Positions 11,926-26,900 of a stretch of DNA of 64,000 nt are shown here, piece after piece. Both the position numbers and the translations under genes were made by a program. Numbering within the stretch: the first letter of the stretch is position 1; every line of letters starts with the position of its first letter. Under the pieces are notes generated by a model. The model was given only the letters and a program-made list of their open reading frames with translations. It searched no databases and was not told the origin of the DNA. The stretch lies in the NCBI GenBank assembly GCA_965112155.1, contig OZ218101.1. The stretch is one strand, 5' to 3'. Origin of the DNA: Podarcis liolepis (taxonomy: Eukaryota).

Positions 11926-14900
11926 TTATACCCTGTCAATCTAGCTGGGTTTCCCCAGCCACTCTGGGCTGCTTCCAACAAAATATTAAAATACAGTAAT
12001 CCATCAAACAGTAAAAGCTTCCCTAAACAGGGCTGCCTTTAGATGTCTTTTAAAAGTCTGGTCGTTCTTGTTCTCTTTGACATCTGGTGGGAGGGCATTC
12101 CACAGGGCGGGTGCCACTACCGAGAAGGCCCTCTGCCTGCTTCCCTGTAACTTGGCTTCTCGCAGTGAGGGAACTGTCAGAAACATACTGGGAGCCATTG
12201 TAGGTCTTTCAAGACCGGTGTTATGTGGTCTCGGTGGCCTCTCCCAGTCACCAGTCTAGCTGCCGCATTCTGGATTAGTTGTAGTTTTCAGGTCACCTTC
12301 AAAGGTAGCCCCACATAGAGCGCATTGCAGTAGTCCAAGTGGGAGATAACCAGAGCGTGCACCACTCTGGTGAGCAGTCCGTAGGCAGGTAGGATCTCAG
12401 CCTGTGTACAAGATGGAGCTGGTAAACAGCTGCCCTGGACACAGAATTAACCTGTGCCTCCATGGACAGCTGCAAGTCCAAAATGACTCCCAGGCTGCGC
12501 ACCTGGTCCTTCAGGGGCACAGTTACCCCATTCAGGACCAGGGAGTCCTCCACACCTGCCCGCCTCCTGTTCCCCCAAAATAGTACTTCTGTCTTGTTAG
12601 GATTCAACCTCAATCTGTTAGCCACCATCCATCCTCCAACCGCCTCCAGACACTCACACAGGACCTTCACTGCCTTCACTGGTTCCGATTTGAATGAGAG
12701 GTAGAACTGGGTATCATCCGCATATTGATGAACACCCAGTCCAAACCCCCTGATGATCTCTCCCAGCAGCTGCATGTAGATGTTGAAAAGCATGGGGGAG
12801 AGGACAGACCCCTGAGGCACCCCACAAGTGAGAGCCCAGGGGTCTGAACACTCATCCCCCACCACCACTTTCTGAACATGGTCCAAGAGGAAGGAGCGGA
12901 ACCACTGTATAACAGTGCCCCCAGCTCCCAGCCCCTCAAGACGGTCCAGAAGGATGTTATGGTCAATGGTATCAAAAGCTGCTGAGAGATCCAGCAAAAG
13001 TAGGGAACAGCTCTCACCTTTTCCCTAGCTTGCCGGAGATCATCGATCAGTGCGACCAAGGCAGTTTCAGTCCTATGATGAGGCCTGAATCCTGACTGGA
13101 AGGTGTAGGATGCCTTAAAGCGTTATAATCTACTGCTTGCTGCCTTTCATTAAAATATTCAGGCAATGCATCAAAGAGGAAGGAAAATAGTATTATTGTG
13201 AAGTGGTGTCATTCTCTATGAGTGCTAAGGAACTAGGGTAGAGCATTCTTGAAACCCCCTAGAACATGCACCTAGTTACATATGATAATTTTGAAAGGAG
13301 GCGAGATAGTGACCTTCCTCTCTAAAAGAGAGAGGCTGAAAATTGCCTTGGTTGCCATGGCAAACTTTGAGTCCCTGAGAGAGATGTTGGCAAACAGGCT
13401 ATATCTCCAGTGCAGAATGTTTACAGTCCTGTGCTGTAATTATCTCTCAATGACTGGCAGAATTAATCAGAGCCTCTATGTTAATTAGCCTGCTCTGCAG
13501 TCCCCAAAACAGGTGGTGGAAAATATGCAAATCTATGCAGAATTTTAATGTTCTGCATAAGCAGTTTTAATTACCATAAACCCCCTCTCCTTGTTTTTCC
13601 TTTTCATGTGCTTTCTCACTTGCATTTTTCCCTCATGGCTACAGTAATTTCATCTTTCATAAGATGGTTTTAAATAAATGAACTGTGTTTGCCTATATAA
13701 ATACCAAATTCTGTTTCTTGGAGACAAGATGTGTGGCGAGTGTTTGTTTTTGTTCCTGGATGCAATTCAGCATCTAAGGTTTTTCAAGCTAGTACCTTGT
13801 TTAGTTTGAAATACTATGTTTATGAATTATTATAAAATGTATAAAAGAAAAATCTACTGCACTAATCCAAAACTTGCATGCTGCTGATTACTGAGTTTCA
13901 CATTGACTAGGAATTGGGCAGTTTGGTACAGGTGTTTGCAGATCTGTCTGTAGTATGGCAATGACTGGGACAGCTTAGAAACTTTAAAGGCCGTGCCTTC
14001 AAATCAAGCACTAAATAGGAAATTTTCTTGAGCATATGTATATGTGTTTTGAGGGGGCAGAACTGGAGGTCCTCTGTCTCTCTCCAACTGCAATCAAGCC
14101 CCTGTTTTTGTTAATGATTTGAAGTAACAGCAGCGTTTTTTTCTTCCATTCTGATACGTGGAAATATTGGCTTAGGGCTACAATACCAAATTAGCATTTC
14201 TTCCTCCCACCTGTTATCTACAGTTACCTACGAAAACAAGTTGTTGAAATAAGCAGCTTTTTATCTTATTGATATCCAAAAATCTTGTTAATATCATCCC
14301 TCCTCATATTACAATAAACTATGATAATGGCTGTGAGAGCCAGTGTGGTGTAGTGGTTAAGAGCAGTAGTCTCGTAATCTGGGGAACCGGGTTCGCGTCT
14401 CCGCTCCTCCACATGCAGCTGCTGGGTGACCTTGGGCCAGTCACACTTCTTTGAAGTCTCTCAGCCCCACTCACCTCACAGAGTGTTTGTTGTGGGGGAG
14501 GAAGGGAAAGGAGAATGTTAGCCGCTTTGAGACTCCTGAAGGGGAGTGAAAGGCGGGATATCAAATCCAAACTCCTCTTCTTCTTCTTCTTTACATTGAT
14601 ACCCATTCTGTTCTACAAAAGCTTGTATATTTTCTTTCCTAGTCTAAACCTAATGAAGAATCTGGGGACAGTCAGCAGCCAAGCCAGCCTTCCCAGCAGC
14701 CTTCAGTACAGGCGGCCATACCCCAGACCCAGCTCATGCTGGCCGGAGGACAGATCACTGGGGTAAGATGAGTCCAAGTGAATTGTAATGAGCCACCAAC
14801 TCATGTTGTTGTATTAGACAGTGTAGATTGTTGCTTTATCATTCCAGGTGAATGTGGCCGGAGAAAATCTCCCTATTGGTTTTATGGGTCTCTCAGTGGC

Positions 14901-17900
14901 ACTTGATGCTGTGGATTATGGTATCCCAGTCCATGGACCTGTTTTCTTCTAGGCCTATATTGTCTGAGTTCAGCCTATCTGGAGAAATTGCCACATCTCT
15001 TGAGATTTGCTGGAGGAGACCTTGTGCTATGTGCCCATGCCATGAGAAAAGTTGTCTTCTGGAGCAAAAGTAGAACCCTCTCCATTGTAACTTACCTTCT
15101 TTGAACTTTCTGTCTAGGGAGGCTCTGTTAATCCTTCCACCACTATCTTTTAGAAATCAGGTTGATATATTAGAAATTAGTTGATACAATTGTAGATGGG
15201 GAGTAGTTTTTAAATTCTGTAATTTTATTTTTGATATAGTGGTTATTGCTGTGTAATCTATCTGGAAAGTTGATATATACAATATGAAACCTACCATATC
15301 AGATGCTATTTCTCTACTTTGCTGATGAGTATAAGGGTGATTTTTAACACAGTATGTTGATTAAAGAAGTCAACAATTTATAGGGAATTTCTTCTTTTAG
15401 ATTAATTTCGGGGGGGGAGTGTTTATCTTGCTCCAGGGGTAGGCAACCTAAGGCCCATGGGCTGGATGCGGCCCAATCACCTTCTCAATCCGGCCCGTGC
15501 ACGGTCCGGGAATCAGTGTGTTTTTACCTGAGTAGAATGTGTGCTTTTATTTAAAATGCATCTCTGGGTTATTTGTGGAGCATAGGAATTCGTTCATCTC
15601 CCCCCCCCCAAAAAAAAAAAAAACAACAACAACAACACCATAGTCTAGCCCACCACATGGTCTGAGGGACGGTGGACCGGCCCACGGCTGAAAAAGGTTA
15701 CTGACCCCTGTATTGCTCCATATTTGCTTTTTTCTGTGACCTAGTCACAGTGAAGAGGGAAAAGAAGTTAGTATCGCTGTTACAATGTCTCGATCATATT
15801 TATGACTATTTGATCAACCATTTTACCACAGTGCTATTGTTGATATAACCACACTCTTAAGTTTGCTGGAATTTCCTTTTCCATACACAAAATGAGGTTT
15901 AAATCCACCTATTAACAGTTCTCAATGGATGGAGAACTCTTTATGTAAGTTATCAGTGTTTCTTTCAATTGCAAAAAAAAAAAAAGTATGCTACAACAAC
16001 TTGGGAGACTAAAAACTGATAAATCACTTCTGCTGTTTTCAAAATTTGAGACATGCAGTTAATTAGAGACTTTTCTCCCTATATTATTTATCTTTGAAAG
16101 GTATATGTAACATGTAAATCAAATGACACTGCTTTGAATTTAGTTCTATTTATAGACATATAGAAAACTGCTTTGTACCAACTCAGAGCAGTGGTCTGTC
16201 TACCTTAGTATTGTCAATATTGACTGGCTGTGTTTTCTATTTATGCCAGATCCTTCGCCTTAAAGCTCTACAAATGGCTGTTTTCCATATGTAGTGGGCT
16301 TTTGCTGTAATCTGAATACAGTTTTTTTCATGGCTTTTACTTATAGCACTTTTGTATAAGCATACAGTAAAAATTAGTCCAAATACATTAAATGTCATTT
16401 TGCCTAACTGCTCTTTGCTACATTGAAACTAGATCCAGGTCTTTGAAGGTAAGGGCTCTTTCTATACAGAAACAGGGAAGAATATTCATGTATCGAAGGG
16501 AGTCCAACGCCACCTGTTTCATAGAGATAATGTGTGTTTGGAAACCTGCAGAGATGTCAACCTACCAGCTCAATCCTATCAAAACAAAAAGGCAGACGGA
16601 AGAGGGGGGTTGACTTGGAGGGGAACAAATGGTGCACATGTTCCTCAGCTATATCTTAAGGCATAATGGAAATGATGAAACATGCCAGGGATTCATGCTA
16701 ATGTGAAGCAGCTGGAGTATTATCAGTTTGTTTGGTAACCACAGCCAGTATTGCTATTTCTCATTCATCTGGCTAATCGCTTCTGCTTCTGGTGGGTGTA
16801 AATTTCCTTTCAAAGCCTGTCAGTGATGGCTTGTTCTTTTGCTTGCTATTTCCTGTCAGTGCTGTTTCTTTCCATTGCTTGCTAGCTAATTACCTTTTTC
16901 ACATTAATATTGAAGCAGTGCCACAATAATGCAGTGGTCACAATGATACAATGCTTATGCCAGTACCATTTAGATGAGGTGAAATATAGGTTGATAGATT
17001 GGTTGATTTTTATCTTACCTGGAATAAACATCTGCTCCCTGTATACGGTGGCTTGTTTGAAGGCAACTGGTCAGAAATAAATAGCGATTGTTTGTAAAAG
17101 GGATGATGTTTCGTGCTATTAACTACTGTCCTAAAACTTGTTCCTAGCTCACGTTAACACCAGCCCAGCAGCAATTATTGATACAACAGGCACAGGCACA
17201 GTTGCTGGCAGCTGCAGTGCAGCATTCAGCCAGTCAGCAGCACAATGCTGCAGGCGCCACCATCTCAGCTTCTGCTGCAACGCCCATGACACAAATCCCT
17301 CTATCTCAACCGATACAAATTGCACAGGTGAGCTTTGTCTTTCGAACCATTGATCATGTTGGCCTGCCCTAATATGTCTCTTTTGTTACTCTTTTGTTCG
17401 CAGTGCAACTGAATAAGGGCTCACAAGGCAGTGTTTTGAATACCTTGGCAACATAGTCTGCTTGGTCCTCTGATTTCCAAAGACCACACATCCCTGTTAC
17501 TGAAAGCTACAAGTTTCCTTTTATAAAATGCAGGCATGGCAACATTCAGGTCAAATAATCTGGCTCTTATAAACAGTTTTTACATTTGAGCACTTGCTCT
17601 TTCCACTCCGCTTGCTTTCCTCATTTCCTGATTTTTGCAAGCAACAATTTGGTGTGACATCCAAAGTGGGTAAATTAAAGTTTATGCAAACCATTATTTT
17701 CCCATTCTGGTTTGGAGACAACCATGGTTTGAAATGAGTTTCTAATTCTGGTTTGATAATAAAATGTAGTATTTCAAACCCAGAAATGAGAGAGGACATT
17801 GAAGGGAGGTTGTGGGCACAAAGCTGTTCACAAGAACCAAACCATGATTCGGCTGTTAAATCTGAACGAGACTCACATATGCAGTTTGGTTCTTGATTCA

Positions 17901-20900
17901 ACTCAGGACTTCATGGCAACCATGGGGTTGTTTCAAGTGATCATTGACCTGACACACAGTGCAGAACACACTCCTGATTTGGTTTTTGCTCCTGGTGGTG
18001 AGGTTGGATGCCTGGAAATGAGGAGGCGTTTCTGTGCCCCTTTTGTCATCATCAGACCACTTCCTGGTGAAGCTTGAGCTGACACCAGTTCCCCCCTGCA
18101 GGGGTGGAGGACCAATTAGGGTGGACCACTTAGGGATTCCTGAATGCTATAGGTATTTTCTGATGGGTGAAACAGGCAAACCTGCCAAGGCCCTCGTTTC
18201 ACTGGGGAATGGTGAGATGTGGAGGGCCGTAGATATGGTTCCTTCTGAGCATCCTCTCAAATGCTGTGTTAGAGCACATAATCATGCCTACTTTGCAGTA
18301 GTGAAAGCAGCAAGGAGGGCCTACTTCACTGTCTCCATTGCACCATTGAATAACTACATAGGAGTTCTTCAGAGTGGTCTGTTGGCTCTGGACTCCTGTA
18401 CTAGTGAATGGAGCTCAGGAGCCCCCAGGGACTTTTGCTTTCTAGACACTTTAGAGAATGAAGTCACTCACCTCCATAATGTGCTTGATTCCATGATTTA
18501 TGCAGCTCCAAGTGAGATTTCCAGTCATCCACTAAGCCTTTTTGTGAGATCAGTTTCAGTTTTTGCAGCCTGCCGACATAAACAAGATGCTTGGAAGTAT
18601 GCTCCAATTCGTGGGGGCAGACTACTGCCAGCATATATCTCCTTGTCTTTGGAATCTGCATTGGCTGCCAAGCTGCTTCCAGTCCAGGCAGCCAATACAG
18701 ATTTCGGTACTAATGTATAAGGCCCTAAGCATCTCTGGACCAAGTTATTTGAGAGACTGCCTTACCCTCCATATGCCCAGCAAGTTATTTCTTTGCAATT
18801 GGGGCTGTTCTTGAAACCCTAAAAATATCAGAAGTTCTAGCCATGACAATATGTTGCAGGGTTTTCAGTGTGACTGTTTGTGTAACAGGATCATTGTTGA
18901 GATACAGCAGGTGCCCTCTGTTTGTAATTTCCAGAAACAATTGAAGACATTCTTGTTTCAACAAGCTTTTCCAGATGGGTGTGAGTAGGGATGGGAAACA
19001 TGGCCATAGATTGAGGTTGATTACTGCCCAGACACCATATTGTTCCATGTTTACTTCCCCTCCCCCTCCCATATGATGAACATGTCCTCACATAAACAAT
19101 TGTGGGATCCACTTCTGTGGGTGGGGCAGACTAGGGCCAAGAGGAAGGAGATGGTATGTACTTTCTCTCACCACTGTTTTGTAGCTGCTGCTTGCCTGGA
19201 AGCGGATGTATGAGAAAGCAAAGGCAGATTTCCAGTAGCATCCCTCTGCTTGTATGATGCAGCTGGCATAAAATTCCAGCAGGTCTCCTTATGAGCAGGG
19301 TTGATGAGCCTGGTGGGCTGTTGATGGCTGCACTAGTCATTTCCTACCAAAGCCCCCATCACCTGCGGAGGGCAGATACAAAAACTGAAGGAGCCTGGGG
19401 ACAAGCAGAGCTCCGTGGCAGCCTAAAATTTCAACATTTGCTGATGCTAAAATTTTGTTTCTATTAGTGAAATTGATGATATGCTGAAAACCTCAAGAGG
19501 AGGACTACATCCTTAAATCAATACTTTGCTGTTGTTCGTTTGCGTTAGCAACTTTTTCCAGGTCATTCTATGATTCTATGAATTAGTATGTGTTCATTTT
19601 TTTATGTGCTATTAAATTCAGATGCCCTGTGTTTGCAGAGTAAGAATTTTGGATCACGGTTCTTTTCCTAATGGGTTTGTTTTGCTTTTGAAGGGGAGGG
19701 AATGACTGTTTAAGTTTGAAAAACTCTTAATTCCGTTTTGCTTCTTCAAGGATTTGCAGCACCTGCAGCAGCTCCAACAACAGAATCTCAACCTGCAACA
19801 GTTTGTGTTGGTGCATCCAACAACCAACTTGCAACCAGCACAGTTCATCATCTCACAGACGCCGCAGGGGCAGCAGGGTGAGCAAGACGTTTCCTAAAGG
19901 ACTTAAGTTCTTTATAAAGATATTTTGTTGCAGGCAAACAAGCAACCAGATGTATTTAATACTCAGGCACGTAAATTTTAGGGAAGATGTTTGTTACTAT
20001 AGAGTAGGGACCATCTGGGTGAATATATCCATCGCATGAGCAGAAGTCCAATAAGTATGCAGGCATGGCTTCTCTGGAATCCTTATCGTTTCCCTTCTTT
20101 AATATAGTACTCTTTTTTTCTTTTTTTGACAGTTTTGAAATAGTGAGTATACAGGACACCTCTTTTCCCTATATGCCTTTATTTGGGTTAAAACCTTAAG
20201 CTACAAAAATTCATTTAAAAAAATTCTGTCCCACTTTTTCTGCAATTGCTAGAGTGCTTCGAGTGTCATGATTGTAATGAACATAAGAAGAGTTCTTCTG
20301 GATCAGGCCAAAGACTCATCTAGTCTAGCATCCTGTTCTTACAGTGGCCAACAAGATCCCTATGGGAAGCCCCTACGCAGGACCTGAGTGCAACAGCACT
20401 CTCCCTTCCTGCGATTCCCAGCAACTGATATTCAGAGGCATACTGCCTCCAACCGTAGAGTTAGAACATAGCCATCGTGGCTAGACACCATTGATAGCCT
20501 GATCCTCCATGAATTTGTCTAATCCTCTTTTAAAGCCATCCAAGTTGGTGGCCATCACTACGTTTGTGGGAGCGAATACCATAGTTTAAACTATGCGCTA
20601 TGTGAAGAAGTACTTTCTTTTGTCCTGAATCTTCCAACATTCAGCTTCATTGACTTCCCCTGAGTTCTAGTACTATATAATAGGGAGAGTTTTCTGCCTG
20701 CCACTTTTTCCATGACACACCTAATCTTATGCACCGCTCTCATGTCCCCACTCCCACCACTCATCTTTCCCCCCTAAACTTAAAATCCCTTTATGTTTCC
20801 TCAGGGGAGTTACTCCAACCCCATGATCACTTTAGTTCCCTCTTTTCTGAATTTTTTGTCCCAGCTGTGCAGTATCCTTTTTGAGGGGAGGTGACCAGAA

Positions 20901-23900
20901 ACTGTACACAGTATTCCAAGTGTAGTCTCCCCATATATTTGTTATAACAGCATTGTGATATTGGCAGTTAAATTTTCAGTCCCTTTCGTGATGATCCCTA
21001 ACATGAAATTCGCCTCTTTCACAGCTGCCGCACACTGGGTCGGGTCAACATCTTCATCGAGTTACTCTCTACAACCTCAAGGTCTCATTCCTGGTCAGTC
21101 ACTGCCATTTCAGACCCCATTAGCCTATATGTTAAATGAGGGGTAAAAATTTGCCCCAATGTGCATCATTTTACACTTGCTTACAATAAATTGCATTTGC
21201 CGTTTTACTGCTCTTTCACCCAGTTTGTAGAGATCCTTTTGGAGCTCAGCAATTTGGTATCGTCAGCAAACTTGGCTACCTCACTGTTCACCCCTAACTC
21301 CAGGTCATTAAAAAGTAAAAAGCAAAGGCCTCAATCCTTGTTGGCCTTCACTTTCTTCATCCTTGCATTGGGAGAACTGTCCATTTATTCCTACTCTGCT
21401 TTCTGTTTCTTAACTAATTCCTGATCCATAAGAGGACTTCTCTTACTCCATGATTGCTAAGTTTATTCAGGAGTCTTGGGTGAGATACTTACCTGCAGCT
21501 TTTTGAAATTATTAAGTCAACTTTAGAGGTAGTAAGACAGCATGTCAACTGGATCACCTCTTCCTATATGCTTGTTGATACTCAAAGAGAGAACTGTAAT
21601 AACACAGGACTTGCCCTTGCAGAAACTATTCTGGTTCTGCTTCAGCAAGGCATAACAATTCTTTCCACCAGTTTTTGTGGAACAGATGTTAAGATAATTG
21701 ACCTGCAGTTTCCCAGGAACCCCAACCCCACCCCAGATCCTTTTTTAAAAATTAACCTCAGGTATGGAGGTTAATTGACAGTTTTCATATTTTTGTTATA
21801 AGTTCAGCAATTTCACATTTCAAAACTCTTGGGTGCCATCTGGACCAGATGATTTTTCAGTTTCTAATTTGTGAAAAAGACCTAGAACTTGTCACCACCA
21901 TTTGCCTCACTTCTTCTTCTTCTTTAAAAAAAACAACTCCATGCAAGTTTATTCAGGCACAGGTGTCTTCCCTACATCTTGCACAGTGAAGACAAATAAT
22001 TGATTCAGCTCCTCTGCGGTCTCCTTTTACTCGTTTAGCACATATTTGGCTCTTTTGTCATCCAAAGGCCTGACTACCTCCCTATGCAGCCACCTGCTTT
22101 GAATGTAAATAATTTTTGTCAATCCTTGTTTTTATCATTTATTGGTTTCATTGGTTTATTATTTATTGGTCTGTCTGCCTTTCTTTTGGACTAGACTTCC
22201 ATTTTCTGAGGGAATCCTTCCTGCCTCTGATAGCTTCCTTGACTCTGCTCTTTACCACACCAGTATCTTAATGATCCTGGTGGTACCTTTCCAGATCTGT
22301 GGAATATATTCTAGCTAGGCTTCTATTATTGTGGTTTTGAACAACCCTGGGGATTCTGGAGAGACTTGTCCCTCTTGACTTTCAGCTTCCATTTTACCAA
22401 TCACCTTATTTTGGCAAAGTTTCCTCCTTTGAAATAAAATGTGACTGTGTTGGATTTTCTTGGCAATTTAAATATATGTTGAATTTGATAGCACTGCGGT
22501 AATTGTTTCCAATCTGCTTGACACATCTTCCACCTGGTCCTGAGTTTCGCTTAAGTTCTAAGTCTAGGGTTGCCACCCCTCTAGTTGGTACAATGACCAC
22601 CTGTTAGGAAACAGTCATTTAGGATATCTAGAAATTTTATTTCTTTTTTATTACTAGAAAATGCATGTAGCCCATTATATGCGTGGGTTACTGAAATTTC
22701 CCATTACTGTAGCATTTTCTCATTTGGATGCCTCCTTGATTTAATCCTTTATTTCAAGATTACCCTGGGCATTTTGGTCAGGGGGATCCTCAGTGCTAAA
22801 TTACTTTTGGGAGCTGTATAATGCCCCCCCCCCATTTCTGTGAAAGAACCTGCCCCTTTTGGGGTTTCTAGCTTGTTGGACTTGGGTTCTCTCTGTTAAA
22901 CAGAGCAGCCTCAGTTCTAGACCATGTATAGAGTCTGTATCCAGAGATCATCATGTCCCACTGGCACTCTCCATTCCACCAAGTTTCCATTATACCCACT
23001 GTATCTATTCTGTCATCTAACTTAGCTTGTCTTCTAGCATTATCATATAAATACTTATACATAGTGTCTTCAGCACATGTGTTACCCTACAGTGCTTCAA
23101 ACCTTTGAATTGCTATCATGTGCCTCTTCACTCTCAATGCCTATTTCTATCCCTCTCTCCTCTGAATACGGGTAACTTATGGACGTTTAACTTGTACGAT
23201 TTCAACTTTGCCCGGTTGAAGGCTGGTCAGTTGAAATCACACAAATTAAAAGCACAGAAGGCAGGAGCTTCAAAGTCTTTTTACACAGTGTTTCCCCAGT
23301 GCAGAAAGAGCTTCTGAGCTGTAAGACTTGCTGACTGGTTTTTGGTAGATCTTGCAAGAGCTTCCCAGAGCCCAGTAAGCAGTTCAGTTCCATTGGTTTT
23401 TTGGGAAATGATATACTTGAAATAGATTTCCTTTAGCAGACTTCTGCATAAAATACTAAGGAGCTATATGGTCTGTGCCCATAAGACACCATACTGCAGT
23501 AAATCAGTTTGATCAATAGCATTTATGTAATTTTTAAAATTCGTGTCTCCTCTCTTTCAGGTCTCCTGCAAGCGCAGAATCTCTTAACGCAACTACCTCA
23601 GCAAAGCCAAGCCAACCTCCTGCAGTCTCAGCCAAGCATCACTTTCACTTCTCAGGTCAGTTTTCGATAATTTTTCTTATTCCTACTTGGTGGGGGTAGG
23701 ATGAGAGAATTCAGGCCATGGTGCATAGCAAAAGTTGTCCATTTTATTATTCTAGAGAGACAATGAACTGGTGGCTACCTCTCACTTAAGAGATTGTTGA
23801 CATATTCTAAAAACCTTTGCACTTGCGCTGGAAAATGTTGAGCACAGTGTGTATGTGTCATGCTATATTTTACGTATCAAGAAATTACTGGAAAATGTAT

Positions 23901-26900
23901 TAACGCATCTGGAAAGCAGTGATTAGAAGTCTAGCTAATGTCAGAATAGGAATTGTGCTTAGATGCAACTTCTGAACCAGTCCTAAGTCTACCTGATAAC
24001 ACTTTGTCACTTGCTAAAAAGCTTTATAGCAGAAAAAGCCATAAACTCTTTCTGGAGCTGTTTTGGACTTTTGGGACTTTACTCTTCCCACTCACCCCTT
24101 TGCTTTGTTCAGTCATTCTCTTTTTTGCATAGTGAGAATAATTGGGAGAAAGTGTACTTCATTCTTAAGCAGAAAAATTAAAGGATCAGGAGACACCTTT
24201 GTTTTTATTGTCCTTTTAAAAGAATTGCTCTGTTGAATAAAATTTCCTTTGAGAATACTCTAGATTGCAATACCTATTTTAGAATTGAATGTAATTAAAA
24301 TACAATGCGTATGCTAGAAAATAGTAGAGACTAGCATTTACCAAGAAAAGCCATACCTTTTTTCTTAACCATGCTTTTATTTCTATATGTTTTCTGACTT
24401 CACTCTTTGCTTTCTTATATTTCTTAGCAGCCAGCAACCCCAACACGCACAATAGCAGCGACCCCTATTCAGCCACTTCCACAGAGCCAGTCAACACCAA
24501 AGCGAATTGATACCCCCAGCTTGGAAGAGCCCAGTGATCTTGAGGAGCTTGAGCAATTTGCCAAGACTTTCAAACAAAGACGGATCAAACTTGGATTCAC
24601 TCAGGTAAAATGGAAGATTTAAGATCCCTTCACAATGAGTAAAATACCAGTGTTCAGATCTGGAAGGACAGGGTCTATATCACTTTTCCTAATTTATCCT
24701 GACTTCTTATGTGGGCTTTTATTAGTGTCTGTGGAGGATTTGTGAATTTCCAAGTGAAATGCATTTTAATTAATGTCAAACAAACATAAGCCACCTTATA
24801 CCGAGCCATACCATTGGTCCTTAAGTTCAGTATTGTCTGCATTGGCTACTAGCAGTTCTCCAAGATTACAGAAACGAGAACTCCCCTGTTCTACCTGGAG
24901 GTAGAAGGGATTTTGCATGCAAATCATGTGTTGTACCATTGAACTACAGAGCTGCCACTTCGGATGGGTTCTGTACAGAAACCACTTTAGTTATCCAAAT
25001 GGATTAGCTTTGCAAGGAGATCAAGGTGAGTTTGCCGCTACGAATTCTCCTGGACCTTTTGGAAGCTTTTGGTGCCATCATCCACAGCATCCTTTTGGAC
25101 TGCCTGGCTGGGATGAGAGTGAATGGCACAGTTGTTTTATTACTACCTGGTGGGTCAGGTTCAGAAAGTGGTTCTGCAAGACTATGGCTCCACACCATAG
25201 CATGTATCCTGTGGGTTCCATAGGCTTCTAATTTGTCCCTCTGGCTACTACTGCATCACAGGTAGACAAACTGTTCCTCGTGCCTCTTAAAGCTGCCCCA
25301 TTCCTCCATCCCATCAAAGTTCTTTCCTCTACTTCCCCCTTTTTTTCCTTGCTCACCTCCGCACGCCCACCCTTGGAGCAGAAATCTGAGAAGAAATTGG
25401 TGGGCTGCTGCCTTGTGTGCATTGTACTGAAAAGAATACCTCTATACTTATTTGAGAACACCTCCATCAAATCTAGTGAGGTTTGATTCTAAATAGGGCT
25501 GAAGATCAGAGTTTCAGATGTGGTGAGTCCATGGCCTTCACTTTGTACGCAGAAGTAAATATCAGTGGTATAAAATTCTTTTTACAAGCTTAAGCTGGTG
25601 CACATGCTGTGATCCTCCTGGGCAAAGATAGCCTGACCACTTTTCTCTATGAGAAAAGTTATAACCAAAATGACCCATTGCAACACACTTTATGGGAGAT
25701 GATATCTCATCAGTTCTAAAAGAGCTCTGTTGGTTCCTTATACATTTCTAAGCTTAGTGCTGAGCGTTGTAGCTATAAAGGGCTTTACAGGCTTTCTTAA
25801 GGACTGCCTACTCCTGTACAAACCTGACCATTTCTGAGCTTACCTGGAGATGTCTTTCTTAAGGTTCCTCCACCTTTTGAGAAAAGCATGGTGGTAATTG
25901 AAGATTGGACTTTCCTTGTATTGACATGATATTTTGGGCTTATGAGATTTTTAAAGTGGTCTTGTGGGTCCATACATACAGAAAAGCAATGCTAGGAAAG
26001 GATCGTCATAATTTTCCCAATAAAATCTGTTTGAGCAGACTTCAATGAGAATCAACTTGTTTATGTTAAGCATATATGTATGATCCATGCTTCTGTAGCT
26101 TTTTCAGATGTATGCACTTCAAACTCCACTGAATGTATATCCTATGTGACAAGCTAATCAATCTTTCCTTAACTGAGATGGGCAAAAATTCAATTGTGGA
26201 TGGAAATTCATCTCCCCCCCGCCCCCAAGTCAAAGGGGCACCTTGTACTTCTCTGTTTTGCAGCAAAACATTGTACCACTAGGATGACAAACAGCATAGT
26301 ATTTACTTAACAATTATATTGCACAAGCTATATACATAATTAGTTTTTAATGATAGTGATTGCTTAATTATGTGAGAGGATAGTAATTAGAAAACTGAAG
26401 TAATAAATGTTTAATTTATCAAAGTATGTGCGTGAGAGAGAATTATTTGCTGGTGGTACTGTAAGTTATTTTCAGATGCTTATAGATTTATTGTTCTGTC
26501 TTTCAGAAATAATTACTCGGTGCAGGTTTATATAGAAGACTAATAAACTAATTGCCTATTGCAGTTCAATTCTCAAGTTAAAAAAAATCAAAAGAAGACT
26601 TTACAATTTAAAATAAATATCTAAAGTAGGAGATTAAGTAGTATGGTCATTAGACTCCTCATTGTATCCAAAGGTGGTGGATGTCCTACATAAACAAAAA
26701 TAATTCAGTTTGTTATCCCAGTTGTTTCCCAGCTGTTGTCAATTTGATCTGTCATGAGTTGTACATGAATTAAATGAGTTTATGTACTTGACCCTGATAC
26801 TTTTTATGTGACTATATGCGCACTCATTCATTGAGCTGAGATCCCTTAACGTTGGAAGAAAGTGCTTAACTTCACTTAACTGTTGGACTTGAAGGCCGTG

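Noticed and set aside
12299-12997. 232-aa reverse transcriptase ORF as a functional gene
   Set aside because: 5'-truncated, frameshifted and internally deleted L2 copy.
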